Origin: an uncultured Alphaproteobacteria bacterium
Lineage (GTDB): Bacteria; Pseudomonadota; Alphaproteobacteria; JAGOMX01
Direction: 5' to 3'
DNA: 64,000 nucleotides
Assembly: GCA_963780985.1 (NCBI GenBank)
Contig: CAWAEF010000003.1
Coordinates: 110,693-174,692, forward strand
A model generated the notes under the pieces. It saw only the letters and a list, made by a program, of their open reading frames with translations. It made no database searches and was not told the origin of the DNA. Positions 20,603 to 29,021 of this stretch are shown here, one piece after another (the first letter of the stretch is position 1; every line of letters starts with the position of its first letter). The translations under genes and the position numbers were made by a program.

Positions 20603-21841
20603 ATGCCGCAAGGGACGCTCGTCATAGGCGATCATCATATAAGCTACCATGATTGTCGCGGCGCAAGAGTTGTGGTTCAAGGTCCGGACGATATCCCTGT
20701 GGGGACATCATTACGGGTATTGTTAAATTTCTCGGATCTGGATGTATATGCTGAGTCTATACCGGCCATGGGCAGATGGGACCGCTATGGATTATCTCGG
20801 ATGCGATCCCGGCAGGAATCGACAGCGGTGCTCAAAGGCCATCGTATGTTTAAGGACAGCCTGGTCGAGGTGAGTTGCCCCCTTACGGATGACTTGCGGC
20901 ATCTGCTTGAGGCCCTGGTAAACGGAGGCGTGAGGATCACACGTATGGAGCCTTTGTTAATAACCCCTCTCACACCACATCCTCATACCCTAGTGGTGAG
21001 CGATCATGGCGCGGATGGTATTCGGCATACCTTGTTCCAAGAATCGAAACCTCTCTTCACCAGACTAACTTCCGCACCTGTTGAAGTTATGACCACGATG
21101 ACCTACTTGCGGAACCATTTTCAGCTGAATGCCACTTATGTGCAGTGTCATATAACGCCACAGGATTTTGAGCTACTTGTTAAGCGCGAAGATATGGAGC
21201 TCGGTCTCTATCCCTTGGTGGATTTATCGGATAACAAGGCGTATGCATTTTCATTGCCCGCTTTTGTTCTAGAAGCTAATAACCGTTACCGGGCAAAAAT
21301 AGCCAATCGTCTGGGTGCTGTGGCGGCTGTTGTCTTGTTTATGGTTGCAGGGTGGCAATACTATGACTATCAGGGCCTACAGGATCGCCTTGAAGGCCAG
21401 CAGCAAAAGGTATCTGGTCTCAGCGAGAAACTCACGCTTCTTAAGGCGGATCTGTCCTTGGATAAATTGTTACCTCAATCCTATAAGGACAAGATGGCAG
21501 AACCATCGCCTATTGATCTGTTGCGGCATATAAGCAGTATTATGAGTAATGATATGACCCTGTCTGCGCTGAAATGGGAAAACACCCCTCAGGAAGAACG
21601 CTTGTTGCTGCAGGTGCGGATTGTTGCTCAGGATGAAGACTTAGACCAAAACGTGGATGTGGTTCAGGATTTCAAAACCAATCTGGCGAGTGCGCTGCCA
21701 GGGTTTGTGGTGGAGGCTCCGTCTCTGCCTCATGGGTCTGGGGATCAGGAGACTTTTACGGGAAGCACCAACGCTCAGGACTTGACCCTGGCTGGGGATA
21801 GGGAAAAGGCTACTATCCAACTGACTAGGAAAAAATCATGA
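20603..21841 (+). CDS. Bitopic membrane protein with GspL/PilM-PilN-like architecture (cytoplasmic domain, one TM, periplasmic domain).
   Basis: 412 aa with a single TM LGAVAAVVLFMVAGW at ~aa 230. It is operonic and its start overlaps the pilC-like stop. Confidence 0.4.
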   Translation: MPQGTLVIGDHHISYHDCRGARVVVQGPDDIPVGTSLRVLLNFSDLDVYAESIPAMGRWDRYGLSRMRSRQESTAVLKGHRMFKDSLVEVSCPLTDDLRHLLEALVNGGVRITRMEPLLITPLTPHPHTLVVSDHGADGIRHTLFQESKPLFTRLTSAPVEVMTTMTYLRNHFQLNATYVQCHITPQDFELLVKREDMELGLYPLVDLSDNKAYAFSLPAFVLEANNRYRAKIANRLGAVAAVVLFMVAGWQYYDYQGLQDRLEGQQQKVSGLSEKLTLLKADLSLDKLLPQSYKDKMAEPSPIDLLRHISSIMSNDMTLSALKWENTPQEERLLLQVRIVAQDEDLDQNVDVVQDFKTNLASALPGFVVEAPSLPHGSGDQETFTGSTNAQDLTLAGDREKATIQLTRKKS

Positions 21842-22362
21842 GGAACATATTTATTCAATCGGGGTTAGTAGTTATCTTGGTTCTGGCTGGCCTTGGGGGA
21901 AATGCCTATTTATACCAAGCCCGGGAGGAAGCGCGTGGGGAGCTTGCTGGGTTAGATCAATCTTTTCAGCAAAAGCAGGCTTTGATAAAGCTCGCGAGTC
22001 AAAAACCAGATAAGCCATCCATAATCGGCCATCGTCTGGCCATTCCTTGCAATCGCTTATCGGTCAGCGAGGACTTTCAACAGCTGAGCAAAACCTTACG
22101 CTTGGCCCGCCTTGATTTTCAGATCTCGCCTGAGACAACGGTTGAGAATGCCTTTTCAGAATCTATCGTTGAGCTCAAATTCCAGAATCAGTCGGATCAA
22201 CCACTGTTTCATATGATTGCCCACCTGATGGACGAGTTTCCTGGCCTGGTGTATCCCATGGAGATCGTTATGTGGCGAGAGCCTTCTCAAGATAAACCGC
22301 TGATATCTGGCACCTTTCGTTTTTCCTGGTTAAAAGGTGTCACGGAAAAGGTGGCGTCATGA
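21838..22362 (+). CDS. GspM/PilO-like bitopic protein.
   Basis: N-terminal TM IFIQSGLVVILVLAGLGG followed by a coiled-coil-like segment. The gene overlaps its neighbour by 4 nt. Confidence 0.35.
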   Translation: MRNIFIQSGLVVILVLAGLGGNAYLYQAREEARGELAGLDQSFQQKQALIKLASQKPDKPSIIGHRLAIPCNRLSVSEDFQQLSKTLRLARLDFQISPETTVENAFSESIVELKFQNQSDQPLFHMIAHLMDEFPGLVYPMEIVMWREPSQDKPLISGTFRFSWLKGVTEKVAS

Positions 22363-22712
22363 AAAGATTCCTGATTTTAGTTGCCCTTTCTTCCCCGGCT
22401 TTCGCTGCGGAGCCCTTCTCTCTTTTCCTGACCGAAGATGAACAATCGCGTTTTAACAAAGATGTAAACATAGGCGCCCTGACCCACTCATCCAACCGGG
22501 TGTCTTTAAAAGCCATCATGATGATGGATGAAGCCAACTGGACCATATGGCTGAACGAACACAAAATCACGCCAGATTCCTGTCCGGAACATGTTCAGGT
22601 CGTGTCAGTCTCACCCGCTGAGGTCGAGCTGATTTGGAGCAAAGAAATGGAGCCACGGACCATATCATTGAAGATCAATGAATCCGTTGATTTGGAGAGT
22701 CTTGACCCATAA
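22359..22712 (+). CDS. Small secreted protein (PilP/GspC-like position in the cluster).
   Basis: Signal peptide MKRFLILVALSSPAFA. Overlaps the previous gene by 4 nt. Confidence 0.35.
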   Translation: MKRFLILVALSSPAFAAEPFSLFLTEDEQSRFNKDVNIGALTHSSNRVSLKAIMMMDEANWTIWLNEHKITPDSCPEHVQVVSVSPAEVELIWSKEMEPRTISLKINESVDLESLDP

Positions 22713-22732
22713 GAATATGCGGGTAGCTTTTT

Positions 22733-22754
22733 AGGCCTAAGAGGCCTGTTTTGA
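22733..22754 (+). terminator. Putative rho-independent terminator (aggcctaagaggcct followed by gtttt).
   Basis: A 6-bp GC-rich stem followed by a T-rich tract 20 nt after the stop at 22712. Confidence 0.35.
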
Positions 22755-22979
22755 GTTCTGTGGAAATCATTTCCACATTTATTGGTAGGATGCTGAGGAT
22801 TTCACCGCATAATCGGACATTTTGATTTCTGCAGCACTCGAATATATCCTTTTCATGACTTTCATCTTCCATTCTTGTTCAGATTCTTATTTTTGCCTTC
22901 TGCAGAAAACAAAATATTGCTTTTGGAGGCAGGATGTGGTATCTATGTAGATACAGACCTCAAACATCGGAAATAATTA

Positions 22980-23216
22980 ATGGTCGAAATTTTCGGATCA
23001 AAGGACCTAGGAAACATCATCAGGGACTTGCGCAAAAGGGCAGGTTTATCCCAGGAAGCACTTGCGGAACTTGCGGGACTCAGCCGTACGGCTGTGCAGG
23101 CGCTGGAGGGTGGCAAGGAAACGTGCAAATTAATTACTGTGTTTAAGGTCGTGAAGATTTTGAACATTCATGTTCACTTAAGCCACCCACTGATTAGGGA
23201 TATGCCCCATGAATGA
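22980..23216 (+). CDS. hipB: XRE-family HTH protein, HipB-like.
   Basis: LRKRAGLSQEALAELAGLSRTAVQALEGG is a classic HTH_XRE. The gene lies immediately upstream of the split HipA-like genes and overlaps them. Confidence 0.75.
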   Translation: MVEIFGSKDLGNIIRDLRKRAGLSQEALAELAGLSRTAVQALEGGKETCKLITVFKVVKILNIHVHLSHPLIRDMPHE

Positions 23217-23565
23217 ACGTATCCCTACAGAAGGGAACTACAAGCGTCGCTTGCTTATCACATGTCATGGGGTCCCGTGCGGGTATTTTATTCAAACCGA
23301 GAACAATGAATATTCCTTTACCTACTTTGAAGATTATCGGGGCCCTCCCATATCTTTAACCATGCCGGTGCGGTCTGAACCTTACACCTTTAATCGGTTT
23401 CCGCCCTTTTTTGACGGATTGTTGCCAGAAGGCATACTGCTGGAGGCTCTCATTCGGCAGAATAAAATTGATGCCCATGATTACATGGCGCAGCTAGAGG
23501 CCGTTGGAGCCGACATGGTGGGGGCGGTAACTGCCTTGCCTGATTCTATGAAAAAGGGGAAATGA
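23209..23565 (+). CDS. hipS: HipA N-terminal-subdomain-like protein, HipS-like.
   Basis: FPPFFDGLLPEGILLEALIRQ matches the HipA N-terminal motif FFDNLLPEG. 118 aa. Its stop overlaps the next start in ATGA. Confidence 0.65.
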   Translation: MNERIPTEGNYKRRLLITCHGVPCGYFIQTENNEYSFTYFEDYRGPPISLTMPVRSEPYTFNRFPPFFDGLLPEGILLEALIRQNKIDAHDYMAQLEAVGADMVGAVTALPDSMKKGK

Positions 23566-24518
23566 TGCGCTGCCCCATTACTTACGAGGAACTTCTTCCC
23601 GGGGAAGAGAAATATAGCGCGGCTGGCTTAAAACGCTTGTCGCCGAATCTCAAGACCTTGAAAGATTTTCCCTATACCATGGAAGAACAGCTGCGAGAGG
23701 CAAATCGCTTAGCTTCTAAACTCTCCATTCAAGGCGTTCAACCCAAACTGAGTGTCGTGCTTGATGTAACCCATGAAACATTTAAGATCACCGATAAGGG
23801 CGGAACCTTTATCCTAAAACCACAAAACCCCCAATGGAATAGCCTGCCCGAAAATGAGGACCTGACCATGCGCCTGGCTGCGCTGGTTGGGATTGAGGTG
23901 CCTCTGCATGGTTTGCTGTACTGCAAAGACGGCGCCTTGAGCTATTGGATCCGCCGCTTTGATCGTCCATCCTTACGAAATCCGACAAACGTAAAGCTAA
24001 GCCTGGAAGATTTTGCCCAGCTGAGCCAAGAAGACCGCCAAACAAAATATAACAGCTCCATGGAAAAGGTGGCCAAAGTCATCCGCGAGTTCTGCTCCTT
24101 CCCCATTATGGAATTAGAAAAGTTGTTTAGGTTAACCATATTTAACTTTGTGGTCGGGAATGAGGACATGCACCTGAAGAATTTTTCGTTAATCACCAGG
24201 GACAACCTGATATCCCTATCCCCGGCCTACGATTTACTTAATTCCACTCTCGCCATGGGCACTGGAACACGGGAGGAAATAGCTTTATCTCTTAATGGGA
24301 AAAGGCAGAAACTGAAGGCAGAAGATCTGATAGATACCTATGGTATTGAACGATTAGAGCTACGCCCTAGTACCGTCAACAAGATCCTGCAGACGATAAT
24401 TGAGGCTCAGCCTCTATGGATAGAACTTATAGACCGAAGCTTCCTGTCGCAAGCGCAAAAAGAGGGCTATAAATCCATTATCCATGAGAGGTTGGAACGG
24501 CTCTTGCGGAACAAGTAA
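23562..24518 (+). CDS. hipT: HipA-family kinase core, HipT-like toxin.
   Basis: P-loop-like GVQPKLSV and catalytic motif VGNEDMHLKNFSL, which matches GNxDxHxKN of HipA. 318 aa. Confidence 0.75.
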   Translation: MMRCPITYEELLPGEEKYSAAGLKRLSPNLKTLKDFPYTMEEQLREANRLASKLSIQGVQPKLSVVLDVTHETFKITDKGGTFILKPQNPQWNSLPENEDLTMRLAALVGIEVPLHGLLYCKDGALSYWIRRFDRPSLRNPTNVKLSLEDFAQLSQEDRQTKYNSSMEKVAKVIREFCSFPIMELEKLFRLTIFNFVVGNEDMHLKNFSLITRDNLISLSPAYDLLNSTLAMGTGTREEIALSLNGKRQKLKAEDLIDTYGIERLELRPSTVNKILQTIIEAQPLWIELIDRSFLSQAQKEGYKSIIHERLERLLRNK

Positions 24519-24537
24519 CCTAAAGCCCATAAATAAT

Positions 24538-26136
24538 CTATTTCCTCTTGGTGTAAAAGTTATCTTCGTTTCTACCCCATATGGAGAACTGTGCCCTTGC
24601 GTAGGCAAATGGATCACCAATTCTGAATCTTTTGGCCTCTTCGTGGAAGCGCGGATTATCGTGCAGATAACGATGCACATCAAGATCAGCAGGCACAACT
24701 ATTGGCCTTTCAGTATGTAGCTTTCCTTCCGCAATTCCCCAGGTGACGTATTGGTAAAGAGCAAAAGATACGGGATCGAGATTGAAACGCGGAGCATCTC
24801 TGAGGATATCCGGGTACAATTCAATGTATGCATCGGCACAGAAAAACTTAGGCAGCTTAGCCTTCCGGTTGTCGTCAAGCGCGACCAGCAGCGCTGGGCT
24901 GATGGGAGCAAGTACCGGATCCGGAACAGACGGCATCCCAGGCGCTTTAATTTGAGCTGGCACAGCGTTATTATGAAGCAGGTCTATTTCCTTCACACAT
25001 CTAAGCCATGCCCGAGTGGGATGTAAGAGCCCCTGCCCCCAATGCCGCGCTCCCTTTGCGTCATAAGATCCTGGCTTTAAAGCAGATGAGAGCATAAAGC
25101 GTTTGATGTCGACCATACTCAGTTCAGGGAAGAGGTGACTTAGAGCCTGTACCACTGTAGTTCCTTTAGGAGCGCTGTGAGAAGTCCCTGTATGAACTGA
25201 ACTGTTAAGCGTAAGGGCATGCTCAGCACACAGGACATGATCCTGTAAATCACCGGCTCGGTTTGAATAGCTAGCCATTCTCCAATCATAACCATGTTCT
25301 GGCCATGCTTTGGGAAGAAGTTCAGCAGCAGATACAAGAAGAACCCGCTTCAACAAGTTTCGGAACTTCAGAAGAGCACTGGTTATATCTACATACCCAA
25401 CATCCAAGCGTTGGCCCTGATAAGGGGCATAGTCCAGGTTGCTGTCCATTTCACAACCTTTATTGCCAAGAGCTTTAACCAGCAACATATCATTATCATC
25501 AAGAATCTTGGCAAATCTATTGACGTCTGCATCCAGTGTAGCCATGCTGAAGACCATCGCCATAGACATATTGATGACCCGAGGTATGGGCTTACCCTGA
25601 CGCTTATATCGCTCTATAGTCGCCTCGATTCCATCCATCACGTATTTATTAATCGTCGACATACCGCGCTCACCATCTTCGGTGAGCTCGCGCCGAGGTG
25701 AGCTTATAAAAGGAATAACTGTCGCACCGGCTGCCATAGGCGCATAAATAGAAAACTTGCCCTTTCCCGCAGCAGCGCACGACACGGTCGCCCCATGAGC
25801 GATCATGCCCCTGTGGCTATTAAGACGAGCCAATATGGCGGGATGAACATCATAATTAACATGATCAATGCCACTGAATGCAACATCGAGAACAATCATA
25901 GAGGAGCCATCACCTTTAACACCCCCGCTTCTGAAATGCTCAATGTCTTGGATGTCCGGCAATTCTGCCGCCTGCCGAAGGAAGTCAGGGTCAAGAAGTT
26001 TGGGATCCAGCCTAGCACGCCGCTCGCGGCCAAGGTCTTGGGGATTATCATTACTGCATGCAAAGCTTGTACTTGGGACCAGACAAGCGGCAATAGCTAG
26101 GATAGCAAGATATACTTGCAGTTTAAATTTTAACAT
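24538..26136 (-). CDS. Lipoprotein with a divergent subtilase (S8)-like domain and two C-terminal family repeats (fourth member of the repeat family).
   Basis: Signal peptide and lipobox-like LVPSTSFAC. Candidate Asp/His/Ser motifs VLDVAF, AHGATV and HTGTSHSAP (GTSxxxP). C-terminus FFCADAYIELYPDILRDAPRFNLDPVSFALYQYVTWG...YARAQFSIWGRNE. Confidence 0.55.
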   Translation of the reverse strand: MLKFKLQVYLAILAIAACLVPSTSFACSNDNPQDLGRERRARLDPKLLDPDFLRQAAELPDIQDIEHFRSGGVKGDGSSMIVLDVAFSGIDHVNYDVHPAILARLNSHRGMIAHGATVSCAAAGKGKFSIYAPMAAGATVIPFISSPRRELTEDGERGMSTINKYVMDGIEATIERYKRQGKPIPRVINMSMAMVFSMATLDADVNRFAKILDDNDMLLVKALGNKGCEMDSNLDYAPYQGQRLDVGYVDITSALLKFRNLLKRVLLVSAAELLPKAWPEHGYDWRMASYSNRAGDLQDHVLCAEHALTLNSSVHTGTSHSAPKGTTVVQALSHLFPELSMVDIKRFMLSSALKPGSYDAKGARHWGQGLLHPTRAWLRCVKEIDLLHNNAVPAQIKAPGMPSVPDPVLAPISPALLVALDDNRKAKLPKFFCADAYIELYPDILRDAPRFNLDPVSFALYQYVTWGIAEGKLHTERPIVVPADLDVHRYLHDNPRFHEEAKRFRIGDPFAYARAQFSIWGRNEDNFYTKRK

Positions 26137-26258
26137 AACAACACCTGTACTAAATAATCATATACACTTTATATATATGGACGAGGTATTGCTTTGTCAA
26201 GGATTATTGGGGTTTTTTTGACAGAACTAATGCCCCGGTTGAGGGGGCACGAGCCATT

Positions 26259-26549
26259 TTAATGATGCAGAGCTTTCTGCACAACATCGGGAGCATAATT
26301 AATCACCTTCAATAACACCCGAGAGGCTCCGCTCGGGCGACGTCGTTTTTGTTCCCATTGCTGCAATGTACGCAGTTGGAAACCGAATTCTCTGGAGAAT
26401 TGTTCCTGAGTCATATTATTCTTCTTACGAATTTGGCCTACGTCAAAATCCTCAACAATAACTGTGCGTCTGTTGAGAGTAATTTCTCCCCGCACATCTG
26501 CCAAAACCTCTTCCAGACCGGCTATAAGCCTTTTTCCAAAGTCGCTCAT
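26259..26549 (-). CDS. HigA2/COG2944-like HTH antitoxin-type regulator (orphan).
   Basis: MSDFGKRLIAGLEEV...MTQEQFSREFGFQLRTLQQWEQKRRRPSGASRVLL, 96 aa. No intact toxin gene upstream. A MITE lies 140 bp upstream. Confidence 0.55.
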   Translation of the reverse strand: MSDFGKRLIAGLEEVLADVRGEITLNRRTVIVEDFDVGQIRKKNNMTQEQFSREFGFQLRTLQQWEQKRRRPSGASRVLLKVINYAPDVVQKALHH

Positions 26550-26689
26550 AATTTTTCTCCTATGCTATTGAAGGCAAACTCCTGTCTTCGGAATTCAAGA
26601 TACTCCATTGGCGTATATTTTGAAGTCTAATCTCAGCAAAATACAGGGCCTACTCATGAAAACGAAGCATATGAAGGGAAACACGTAGC

Positions 26690-26826
26690 TGCCAGCTTGC
26701 CTCCCCTTGATGCGCAGGGGTCCAGCCCTTAAAATGTGCTGCGTAGCAGCTCCGAAGAAAATACAGAGTCGCTACGCGACGCATTTTGCGCTGGACCCCT
26801 GCTTTCGCAGGGGAGACAAGCTGGAG
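26690..26826. repeat. MITE-like palindromic element, family B, copy 1 (~135 bp with nested hairpins).
   Basis: ccagcttgcctccccttgatgcgcaggggtccagccc...gagtcgctacgcgacgcattttgcgctggacccctgctttcgcaggggagacaagctgg. Three more copies lie at 34.1, 35.4 and 41.7 kb. Confidence 0.65.
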
Positions 26827-26878
26827 CTTTGTGCACTTTTAATTTTTATGCGTAGGCGCTGTAGCAAAATGCCCCATC

Positions 26879-27676
26879 TCACTTCTTCCCCCGCTCCGCA
26901 AGCGGGTGATTAAAGGCAGGTGGCTGAATGGCGTTGTTTTGTTGTGGAGCCGCTGATGGCTCTTTACATGGGGACTTACCATAAATGCCCATCAGATTGC
27001 GGGCCGTAACCCATTTGACGATTTGTCGGAAGGGTTTACCGCTTTTGTCGGCGCCGTAGGGTTGGTCGTGGAATACTAGTGTTCCGCTGCAGTTGACTTT
27101 TTCTTCGGGGCTCATTGACTCGCTTGGAATGCGTTCTGTTCGTTCACCGGTAAAAGCCCCTTGCCCGCTGGGTCCGTGGCTGATGAGAACCAGGGCGACA
27201 AAGTCTTGGGACCTGTCATGGTTTTGGGGATAGATCACTTCACCTTTAACTTTCAAGGTTATTGGGGACCTAGGTGACTTTCCGCAGAACTTATTGGTAC
27301 CGGAGGGGCTCGGAAGCGAATCGATGAAAACTGGGATAGCATAGGTCATATAACGGCCAAAGCCGTCTTTGGCTTGGGATTCGGTCAGGCCTAGCGTCCG
27401 ATAAGGCACGATGCCGACAGCCTTGTTAGGTTCCGTGACCGTCTCGGACTCCCCTTTCTTGGAGGGATCTGCGGGACCGGGCAGCTCGCCCGTCATTACC
27501 AGATAAGAGGCCACCGCTTGGGTAACCAGTTCTTGTCGCTCTTTGGTTTCCCGCAGGCTCGCCTGTTGGCGATAGCGCAGCAAAGAGGGCATCGCCGCCC
27601 CCAGCACGAGCCCCATGACGATCAGGACGATCGCCAACTCAAACAGTGAGAAACCAGCCCGGGCATGATTTTTCAT
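26879..27676 (-). CDS. Type IV pilin / pseudopilin-like protein with a large C-terminal domain.
   Basis: Prepilin leader MKNHARAG followed by FSLFELAIVLIVMGLVLGAA (G-F-S-L-x-E motif). A C-terminal Cys pair is present. Start placed at the internal Met at 27676. Confidence 0.65.
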   Translation of the reverse strand: MKNHARAGFSLFELAIVLIVMGLVLGAAMPSLLRYRQQASLRETKERQELVTQAVASYLVMTGELPGPADPSKKGESETVTEPNKAVGIVPYRTLGLTESQAKDGFGRYMTYAIPVFIDSLPSPSGTNKFCGKSPRSPITLKVKGEVIYPQNHDRSQDFVALVLISHGPSGQGAFTGERTERIPSESMSPEEKVNCSGTLVFHDQPYGADKSGKPFRQIVKWVTARNLMGIYGKSPCKEPSAAPQQNNAIQPPAFNHPLAERGKK

Positions 27677-27683
27677 CGGGCAC

Positions 27684-28349
27684 CTAGAACTGGAAATACA
27701 TGATGCAAGCAGGCGCCTGATTCTTTGTGTTGTATTTGCCATCGGCCGTCACACAACTGTTGGCTGGCACATCGGCCCCATCCCTGGAGAGGACCTTGCC
27801 ATTGTTGGGCAGACCATTATCGATTTTTTTGTCCAGGCTCATGGCCTGTTGCGGCGTCAGCAGCGCTTTGTTGCCATGAGGTCCGTTTTCGCCCCCGAGC
27901 ACAAACCAATGCTTGCCATCCTCATACTTAACGGTTATACCGCCGCCAATGCGAGCTGAAGGCGCTCCCTTATCAAAGTGCAATGCGGCACCCGTAGCCT
28001 CCCCCGGCGCAGGTATTAAGCCGGCACCAGCCAGATGAGCCCAGAATTGGCCTGCTTCACTGTCACGCTCAAGCCCGTTAGCGTCTATCTTGCCATCCCC
28101 GTTACCATTCTTGAGGTTTTCGCTGATATAGTCCCGAGCGCCTGCAAAATCACCGGGCATCGCATCAAACATATCCATGAAGGTACCTGTGGCAACTCGA
28201 TATTCGTTTAACTGAGTCAAGACAGACTTCAGACGCGCGCTTTCAATCAACTCCCGCCCCTTAAGAACGCCGCCGATAATGAGGCCAATAACGATTAAGA
28301 CAATCGCCAACTCGACCAGACTGAAACCGGAATTATGATGATTTTTCAA
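27684..28349 (-). CDS. Type IV pilin / pseudopilin-like protein (tandem paralogue), probable TTG start.
   Basis: L/MKNHHNSG followed by FSLVELAIVLIVIGLIIGGV. The TTG codon at 28349 is preceded by a ggagat RBS. C-terminal Cys pair CVTADGK...APAC. Confidence 0.6.
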   Translation of the reverse strand: MKNHHNSGFSLVELAIVLIVIGLIIGGVLKGRELIESARLKSVLTQLNEYRVATGTFMDMFDAMPGDFAGARDYISENLKNGNGDGKIDANGLERDSEAGQFWAHLAGAGLIPAPGEATGAALHFDKGAPSARIGGGITVKYEDGKHWFVLGGENGPHGNKALLTPQQAMSLDKKIDNGLPNNGKVLSRDGADVPANSCVTADGKYNTKNQAPACIMYFQF

Positions 28350-28433
28350 GGCGATCTCCCAACTATTTTCGTTAGGTATACGCCTGACCGGGACGAAACA
28401 CAAGGGAGAGATTGCAATTAAGGTGGTTTAGGC

Positions 28434-28892
28434 CTACATCCGCAAATCGCGGGCAATCATGAAGGACCAAAACGTCTCGAGATTGTCCATGGTGCGAACC
28501 AAACCATTCAGATCCTCCGGAGTGATATTATTCCTTTGGAAGTTATTGATATGGCGCGTCAGCATTTCTTCCAGCTTGTCATAGAGCTTCACGCCCTTTT
28601 CGGACAGCCTAATGACGCTTGAGCGACGATCGTGGACGGATTGCTGCTGGTCCAGGTAGCCGTTTTCGACCATCTTTTTAAGGTTATAGGTCACGTTTGA
28701 CCCAAGGTAATACCCGCGGTTACTGACTTCACCTACGGTCATTTTATTTTTGCCGATATTGTACAGAATGACGCCTTGGACGTTGCTGATATCGACGATG
28801 TGGAGTCTGTCGAGCTCGGACTTGACTACATCAAGAAACAGCCTGTGCATTCTCTCTATCGTCATTATGATTTCAAAATATTTTTCTATCAC
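28434..28892 (-). CDS. MarR-family transcriptional regulator.
   Basis: Winged HTH VILYNIGKNKMTVGEVSNRGYYLGSNVTYNLKKMVENGYL, 152 aa. Confidence 0.7.
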   Translation of the reverse strand: MIEKYFEIIMTIERMHRLFLDVVKSELDRLHIVDISNVQGVILYNIGKNKMTVGEVSNRGYYLGSNVTYNLKKMVENGYLDQQQSVHDRRSSVIRLSEKGVKLYDKLEEMLTRHINNFQRNNITPEDLNGLVRTMDNLETFWSFMIARDLRM

Positions 28893-29021
28893 GATGCGCC
28901 TCGTACATTTGTTGTATTTGCTTCATTAATATCATTATCGCTAAATTTTGTTAAATTTTGATTAATGCGCAAATTAGCCTTCCATTAATTTGTTTATGCT
29001 ACCTTTTCAACAGGGGGAACA

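Noticed and set aside
23562-23565. The split of HipA into two ORFs, considered as just another frameshift pseudogene.
   Set aside because: It is not rejected outright. Unlike the other breaks, the boundary is a clean ATGA stop/start overlap at the natural N-subdomain/kinase boundary, with a proper Met start. I therefore favour a genuine HipBST-like tripartite arrangement and keep it as a finding. Read-level verification is still needed.
26100-26260. The hairpin gccccggttgagggggc near ggggttttttt, considered as a terminator.
   Set aside because: On the strand of the adjacent genes (minus), the hairpin is followed by an A-run rather than a T-run. The orientation and function are unclear.
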